Positions 16,883 to 21,961 of a stretch of DNA of 21,961 nt are shown here, one piece after another. Origin of the DNA: Desulfurococcaceae archaeon (lineage in GTDB: Archaea > Thermoproteota > Thermoprotei_A > Sulfolobales > Desulfurococcaceae); contig JAWAJB010000011.1 in assembly GCA_038888155.1 (NCBI GenBank), positions 1 through 21,961 on the forward strand, written 5' to 3'. Positions within the stretch are counted from its first letter, which is position 1, and every line of letters begins with the position of its first letter. A program made the translations under genes and the position numbers. The notes beneath the pieces are model-generated. The model did no database searches, was not told the DNA's origin, and saw nothing but the letters and a program-made list of their open reading frames with translations.

Positions 16883-18417
16883 AAAAGTATCTTAGAGAAA
16901 GAGGGCGCGGTAAATACGAAGAAAGACCTTACCTAGATGAGCTAATTAATGTTTTGTCGAGTGATTCGAGCAACTACCTTGTAACCGCACCTACGGGTTA
17001 CGGCAAAACAGCTATTTCAATGAGCATAGCTCTGGGTAGCTTCAACGAGTTTTCTAAGTCAATAATCGCATATCCACTTAGATCCTTGATTGAAGAGCAA
17101 GTAGGCATGTTTAGAAAACTCTTTGATTTCGTTGGGATAGGCAAAGACTTTGTCGGCGCTAGGTATATGGGCAGACACGAGTCACCATATCTAATTCACC
17201 CTGTTACGCTGACCACCATCGACACACTATCTTTAACGGCGCTTGGCCTCTCACCGGAGGATATGTACAGTGTTTTGAAAGGTCTCTCATCCGAAGACTG
17301 GTTCGAGAACCTAGGGCACTACCTTTTCTCATGGTCCTCGGTGTTCTCCTCGTCAAATATAATCTTAGACGAGGTTCACTCGATGTACGATACGAGTAAA
17401 TCACTGAGTTTCTTAGTAGCTCTAATGGATCTATGTAGTTCCACGGATGTAAGACTACTATTAATGACTGCGACCTTACCTAGGAGCTTTGAGCAAGCGC
17501 TAAGTGGCAGAGTAAAAGTAAGGAGGTATACTAGGGATGATGACCCTAAGTTCTTCGATGAACGTCTCCACAAGAATTACCGTGTTGAGCTTCTAGGCTT
17601 GAAGGGCTACAACAAGTTTGAGATTATTAAAGAAATCTTGCTGAAAAATGTGTTTAGCAAAGCCTTAGTAATTTTCAATACAGTTGAGGACGCAGTTAAT
17701 TTCTATAGGTTGCTTGATGGCAAAAAAATTCTTATTCATTCACGGTTCTCCGTGGAGGATAGAGAAGCAAAACTACATGAATTAAGGGCCCTGGAGGATT
17801 CTCCTGGCAAGATGGTGCTCGTGAGCACACAGGCTGTTGAGGCAGGAGTTGATTTTTCTTCTGACCTGATAATAACGGAAATAGCTCCTCCCATATCTCT
17901 TGTACAGAGATTCGGCAGATTTTTGAGACGCGATGAGAAGTCTGGTCGCGTGTTTGTTTGGTTTGAGGAGGATGGCTTCTATAATGATACATACAAGGTC
18001 TATAACGCTGATTTAGTGAAGCGTACGATAGATTTCTTGAGTGGCAATAATGATGTGAACTTGCATGTGGGTTACGATGATTTTCTTGACCATGTTTACG
18101 TTGATCCTCCTACGGTCGACAATAGGCTCATTAACAAGATTAGAAACGTTTTCTGGGACCTAATCGAGCCATCTAAATCGGCGCTAGAACTGCTAATAAA
18201 GCTTGAGGGTAGTTTTGTTAGGGACGGATACCTTGTTACCGTGGTTACCGATGACAACGTCGAAGTCAACGTTAACTATGAGTATCTATTGAAGCTTAAA
18301 AGGAAGGGCTTGTGCGTTGAGTGTACTGAAGACAAGAGGGAAGTCTTGCTCAGGTCGCTGAGGGGACATAAGTTCTATGTAAAGATCAGATATGATAAAG
18401 AGGTGGGGCTTGTCTAG
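16852..18417 (+). CDS. cas3: Cas3' SF2 helicase (no HD domain), 521 aa
   Basis: Walker A APTGYGKT, YPLRSL, Walker B ILDEVH, MTAT, IFNTV, HSRF, STQAVEAGVD and QRFGR. Confidence 0.96.
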   Translation: MLFAEPYKKVEKYLRERGRGKYEERPYLDELINVLSSDSSNYLVTAPTGYGKTAISMSIALGSFNEFSKSIIAYPLRSLIEEQVGMFRKLFDFVGIGKDFVGARYMGRHESPYLIHPVTLTTIDTLSLTALGLSPEDMYSVLKGLSSEDWFENLGHYLFSWSSVFSSSNIILDEVHSMYDTSKSLSFLVALMDLCSSTDVRLLLMTATLPRSFEQALSGRVKVRRYTRDDDPKFFDERLHKNYRVELLGLKGYNKFEIIKEILLKNVFSKALVIFNTVEDAVNFYRLLDGKKILIHSRFSVEDREAKLHELRALEDSPGKMVLVSTQAVEAGVDFSSDLIITEIAPPISLVQRFGRFLRRDEKSGRVFVWFEEDGFYNDTYKVYNADLVKRTIDFLSGNNDVNLHVGYDDFLDHVYVDPPTVDNRLINKIRNVFWDLIEPSKSALELLIKLEGSFVRDGYLVTVVTDDNVEVNVNYEYLLKLKRKGLCVECTEDKREVLLRSLRGHKFYVKIRYDKEVGLV

Positions 18418-18419
18418 GC

Positions 18420-19151
18420 ATGGTAATATACAGCTTTTTTAATGAAGGTGTAAAGGAGAGGCTGAGGGATCATGTGCTATACGCATTAGAAACTTTTAGC
18501 GAGACAAGCAGGTTGGTTATATTCGGTAATAAGCTTAACAGGGATTTCTACTTGATGCTTAAGTACTCTATTATGTTGCATGATTTCGGTAAGGTAATTT
18601 TTAATCAGTATAAGCGAACAGAAGTTCAGAGAATGAGTTTTGAGGGGCATGAGATTATTTCGGCGTGGTTTGCCAACGAGTATCTAAGGAGGATGAAGGG
18701 GTTGATAAGCCCGGATGAGAGAGCCATGATTGTCCTTTCAATTTTATTGCATCATCACCCAATGAGTCTCCGTGAGAGAGCCGATAGGCTTGAGGAGGCC
18801 CTAAGCAAAAAAGCCAAGAGTGTAGGAGAGCTGGTAATCAATAAGGAAACACTTGAGGGCTTCTACGCTGAACTAGACGGCATAATAGAGCCGGTATTCA
18901 TCAATGTTGACAAATCGGTAAAAGAAATTCTTGAAGAAACAGTCGGTTACTCTGGCATCCAACATGAAAGCCTGTCAAGAGAATACTGGAAGAATATATG
19001 GATGAATGGAACACCTAACAAAAGAAAAACTTTTCTACTCTTGACCCAGGGGCTGGTGGCAGCCGACTACAATGCTGCCAGCAAAGTCAGAGGAGAAGGA
19101 ATCTCGGAATTCGCTAAGACAATATCGACATACTTAAAGTACTGGACTTAG
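18420..19151 (+). CDS. cas3'': Cas3'' stand-alone HD nuclease, 243 aa
   Basis: ERLRDHV, LHDFGK, SFEGHEIISA, LLHHHPM and LVAADY; a split cas3 is typical of type I-A. Confidence 0.95.
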   Translation: MVIYSFFNEGVKERLRDHVLYALETFSETSRLVIFGNKLNRDFYLMLKYSIMLHDFGKVIFNQYKRTEVQRMSFEGHEIISAWFANEYLRRMKGLISPDERAMIVLSILLHHHPMSLRERADRLEEALSKKAKSVGELVINKETLEGFYAELDGIIEPVFINVDKSVKEILEETVGYSGIQHESLSREYWKNIWMNGTPNKRKTFLLLTQGLVAADYNAASKVRGEGISEFAKTISTYLKYWT

Positions 19152-19259
19152 AAACTGACTAGAGACAAATCAAACGATTTTTCTTCCTATTATAAAAACT
19201 CCAAGCACCTACAATCGAATAAACCAAGAAGTCTTAACTCTCAAAGCAACATGTTCCAT

Positions 19260-21492
19260 ATCTCAATTCATTATTTATTGATACCGAAATAGCGGATATG
19301 CCTTATCATCAAATTTATTGGTCACTTTCAATTCATTCTTTATTGATACAGTAATGAGCGAGTTTGCTGATGTACTGGAAGACTACATACTTTCAATTCA
19401 TTCTTTATTGATACACGGTAAGCTGGCTAAGGCGCCGAGGAGCTACGGGCTGAACGCTTTCAATTCATTCTTTATTGATACAGAATGTACTTCTTGAGCA
19501 GAGCTATGATGGAGCCATACTCCTCTTTCAATTCATTCTTTATTGATACATCTTCGGGACTAACCTCTTCGTCCTTTATGCCTGTGTTCCCTTTCAATTC
19601 ATTCTTTATTGATACTTTAAAGTTTGGGATAAAGGAATCACAAAAACGCTAAGTGCTTTCAATTCATTCTTTATTGATACTTATTTACTTGTGGTGTGAA
19701 TGAAGCTTAAAGACGACCCTCTTTCAATTCATTCTTTATTGATACTTGCCCTGGATTTACGTTTACGAAATACGCTTTTCCTTCTTTCAATTCATTCTTT
19801 ATTGATACGCCTTTAGCTTGAGCAGAGTAATAGCGAGGCAGATAAACTTTCAATTCATTCTTTATTGATACAATAGTGAGACCCCCAAACCAACCGCGAT
19901 GGAGAAAGCTATGCTTTCAATTCATTCTTTATTGATACATATATTTCTTAGTGATAAGCATTGATAATAACCCTTAGCAAATCTTTCAATTCATTCTTTA
20001 TTGATACCTTAGCTCCCCTCCCTCAAGATACCTCGCCCCCCTCCTACTTTCAATTCATTCTTTATTGATACTTTAAACAATATTACCGTGATGGTATTCC
20101 TCAACTGGCTAGTTTCAATTCATTCTTTATTGATACGCTGGGCGTTTGTCAAAATCTATGAGAACTATATTGGTTTCAATTCATTCTTTATTGATACACT
20201 TCTGGGACTCTCCTCTTGGGAGAGAGGTTTACAGGTTTCAATTCATTCTTTATTGATACCCCATCATCATCGAAGAATTTTTTGATTTCATTGATGTGTT
20301 TCAATTCATTCTTTATTGATACATGTACAGGCTCTGGTTGGGAGCAATGGTCACCGATCCCGGTTTCAATTCATTCTTTATTGATACCCAATCCAGCCAC
20401 AGACACAGCCACAGCCATCAGTGTTTCAATTCATTCTTTATTGATACATAAGGGTAACGAGGAATAACGATAACTATACATATACCGTGTTTCAATTCAT
20501 TCTTTATTGATACGCTTATCAAGAGATTCGTGAATACGGCTTCGGCTTCGGTCTGGTTTCAATTCATTCTTTATTGATACCTAGCCTGGGGGCTGGTAGA
20601 GAGCCAAATGCTTCGCGTTTCAATTCATTCTTTATTGATACTTAAACGTAATCGTCTCTAAACTCATAAGTAATCACCTGAGGTTTCAATTCATTCTTTA
20701 TTGATACGAAGCTTCAGCAACAACAGTTGAGGTATTCGCCACAGTGTTTCAATTCATTCTTTATTGATACGAGACGTCTTTGCGGGGGTGATCCTTCGCT
20801 AGGAAGCCGAGTTTCAATTCATTCTTTATTGATACAAGAGAGTACCTAGGGAAGGTAATAGTGATAGCAGACGCAGTTTCAATTCATTCTTTATTGATAC
20901 ATCACCTCGTGCTTCTCGCTCGACGTGAAGCATTTGTGTTTCAATTCATTCTTTATTGATACAAAGCAAGGGAACAACCATATACGTTCCCTATGAGCTA
21001 AGTTTCAATTCATTCTTTATTGATACCCAGATGAAGTCAACAGCTTGATTACAAGTGTAGGTAAACTGAGTTTCAATTCATTCTTTATTGATACTAGTCC
21101 ATAACTCTCTCCACACACCTTTTATCCTTCTTGCATGTTTCAATTCATTCTTTATTGATACACGCAATGAACATTTTGGAGCACGACGAGAGAGCAGAGG
21201 TAGTTTCAATTCATTCTTTATTGATACTACGGAGCCACCCAGTAGGTGGGAGTACATGGCTCGGGTCGGTTTCAATTCATTCTTTATTGATACTTCATCC
21301 TGAAACAGGATTAAAAATCAAAACCAAAAATTTGGTTTCAATTCATTCTTTATTGATACTTGTTGCCCGGGGCATCCTCTACAAAGTGGTTGGGTGGGTC
21401 TTGTTTCAATTCATTCTTTATTGATACCTGGCTCTGGGCGGGGATCCACTTCACTCCATACCTTCCAGTTTCAATTCATTCTTTATTGATAC
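19260..21492 (-). CRISPR. CRISPR array 3: 35 repeats, 34 spacers (35-44 nt); 1 degenerate, 12 C-type and 22 G-type repeats
   Basis: Degenerate terminal repeat ATCTCAATTCATTATTTATTGATAC at 19260; CTTTCAAT-type repeats starting at 19325 through 20047; GTTTCAAT-type repeats starting at 20112 through 21468; leader at the right. Confidence 0.98.
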
Positions 21493-21643
21493 CGAGGTCT
21501 CATGGGATAGTTCCTCGGCTCCTTCCCCTATTTTTTCTCTTCCTCTGCGTATTTAACTGTTGCGCTATTGAGGAGTGATTGTTGAGCAGCCCGGAATCAT
21601 CGAGTCACTCCTCAAAGTATTAAAACTTTCTTTTGGTTTATTT
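21493..21643 (-). promoter_or_regulatory. CRISPR leader 3 (TATA-like 21550-21556; inverted repeat 21568-21578 / 21605-21615)
   Basis: Near-identical to leader 2. Confidence 0.9.
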
Positions 21644-21685
21644 TTAAAATAACGATCGTTGAAAATATTAAGTAGGTGTTGAAAC

Positions 21686-21961
21686 TTGAGTTACGTTGCT
21701 CTTGTTATTTATGACATTAAAGACAACAGGCTTCGATTCGAGATTGCTAATTTTCTCAGACAAGTTGGGCTAAGCCGGATACAAAAAAGCGCATTTGCTG
21801 GCCCTATTAAGCCATCGCTTAGATCAGAAATAGAGGCTGGAATTAGGAGAATAGTGAAGGAGTGGGATAACTATAACATTCAGGTCTACGTCATGACAAG
21901 CGCTACTTACTCGAATAGGACTGTTATTTCATCTGGCTATATTATTGAGGATGACGATAAG
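21686..21961 (+). CDS. cas2: Cas2, 3'-truncated by the window edge and absent from the ORF track
   Basis: Manual translation from TTG 21686 (AGGTG RBS at 21674-21678) gives MSYVALVIYDIKDNRLRFEIANFLRQVGLSRIQKSAFAGPI..., with the hallmark YDI.D.R and GL.RIQKSAF.G motifs. No stop codon in 92 codons. Confidence 0.93.
   Translation, partial: MSYVALVIYDIKDNRLRFEIANFLRQVGLSRIQKSAFAGPIKPSLRSEIEAGIRRIVKEWDNYNIQVYVMTSATYSNRTVISSGYIIEDDDK

Noticed and set aside
833-17992. Numerous short antisense or alternate-frame ORFs overlapping cas genes (e.g. 833-1258, 5561-5941, 7084-7410, 14557-14838)
   Set aside because: Shadow ORFs within or overlapping well-supported genes, with no recognisable motifs.
20088-21578. 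Several 65-97 aa ORFs within array 3
   Set aside because: Repeat-derived peptides (VSIHSLLI, FNSFFIDT, SIKNELK). They cluster in the G-type block but are explained by stop-free repeat frames.
21644-21961. Apparent absence of an adaptation module (cas1, cas4)
   Set aside because: cas2 starts at 21686 and runs off the window; the other genes may follow, so absence cannot be claimed.
1-21961. Transposase, integrase, Tn7-like CAST, reverse transcriptase, tRNA or rRNA genes
   Set aside because: No such motifs or structures seen; all long ORFs except 10083-10592 are accounted for as cas genes.

Overview
The whole window is one archaeal CRISPR-Cas island. The archaeal (probably hyperthermophilic Thermoproteota) origin is inferred from the type I-A genes, csa3, TATA-like promoters and GGTG-type RBSs. 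On the minus strand is a type III-A operon in the order csm2-csm3-csm4-csm5-cas10-csx1, which converges on an APE2256/SSO1393-family CARF gene (probable Crn1 ring nuclease). The rest comprises an orphan 169-aa ORF, cas6, the CARF-wHTH regulator csa3, a complete type I-A interference operon (csa5-cas7-cas5-cas8a-cas3'-cas3'') and a cas2 cut off by the window edge and missed by the ORF track. Three CRISPR arrays (6, 13 and 35 repeats) share a 25-bp repeat and are transcribed leftwards from homologous leaders at their right ends. The most interesting signals are: (1) a clean one-step switch of the terminal repeat base inside array 3, changing the predicted crRNA tag from AUUGAAAG to AUUGAAAC; (2) a fixed-span 48-bp inverted repeat with compensatory changes in all three leaders; (3) a 13-bp motif shared by the two divergent cas promoters; (4) the orphan ORF; and (5) an oversized Cas10 lacking the usual Zn-finger cysteines. 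All family calls come from motif recognition by eye; no database searches were run.
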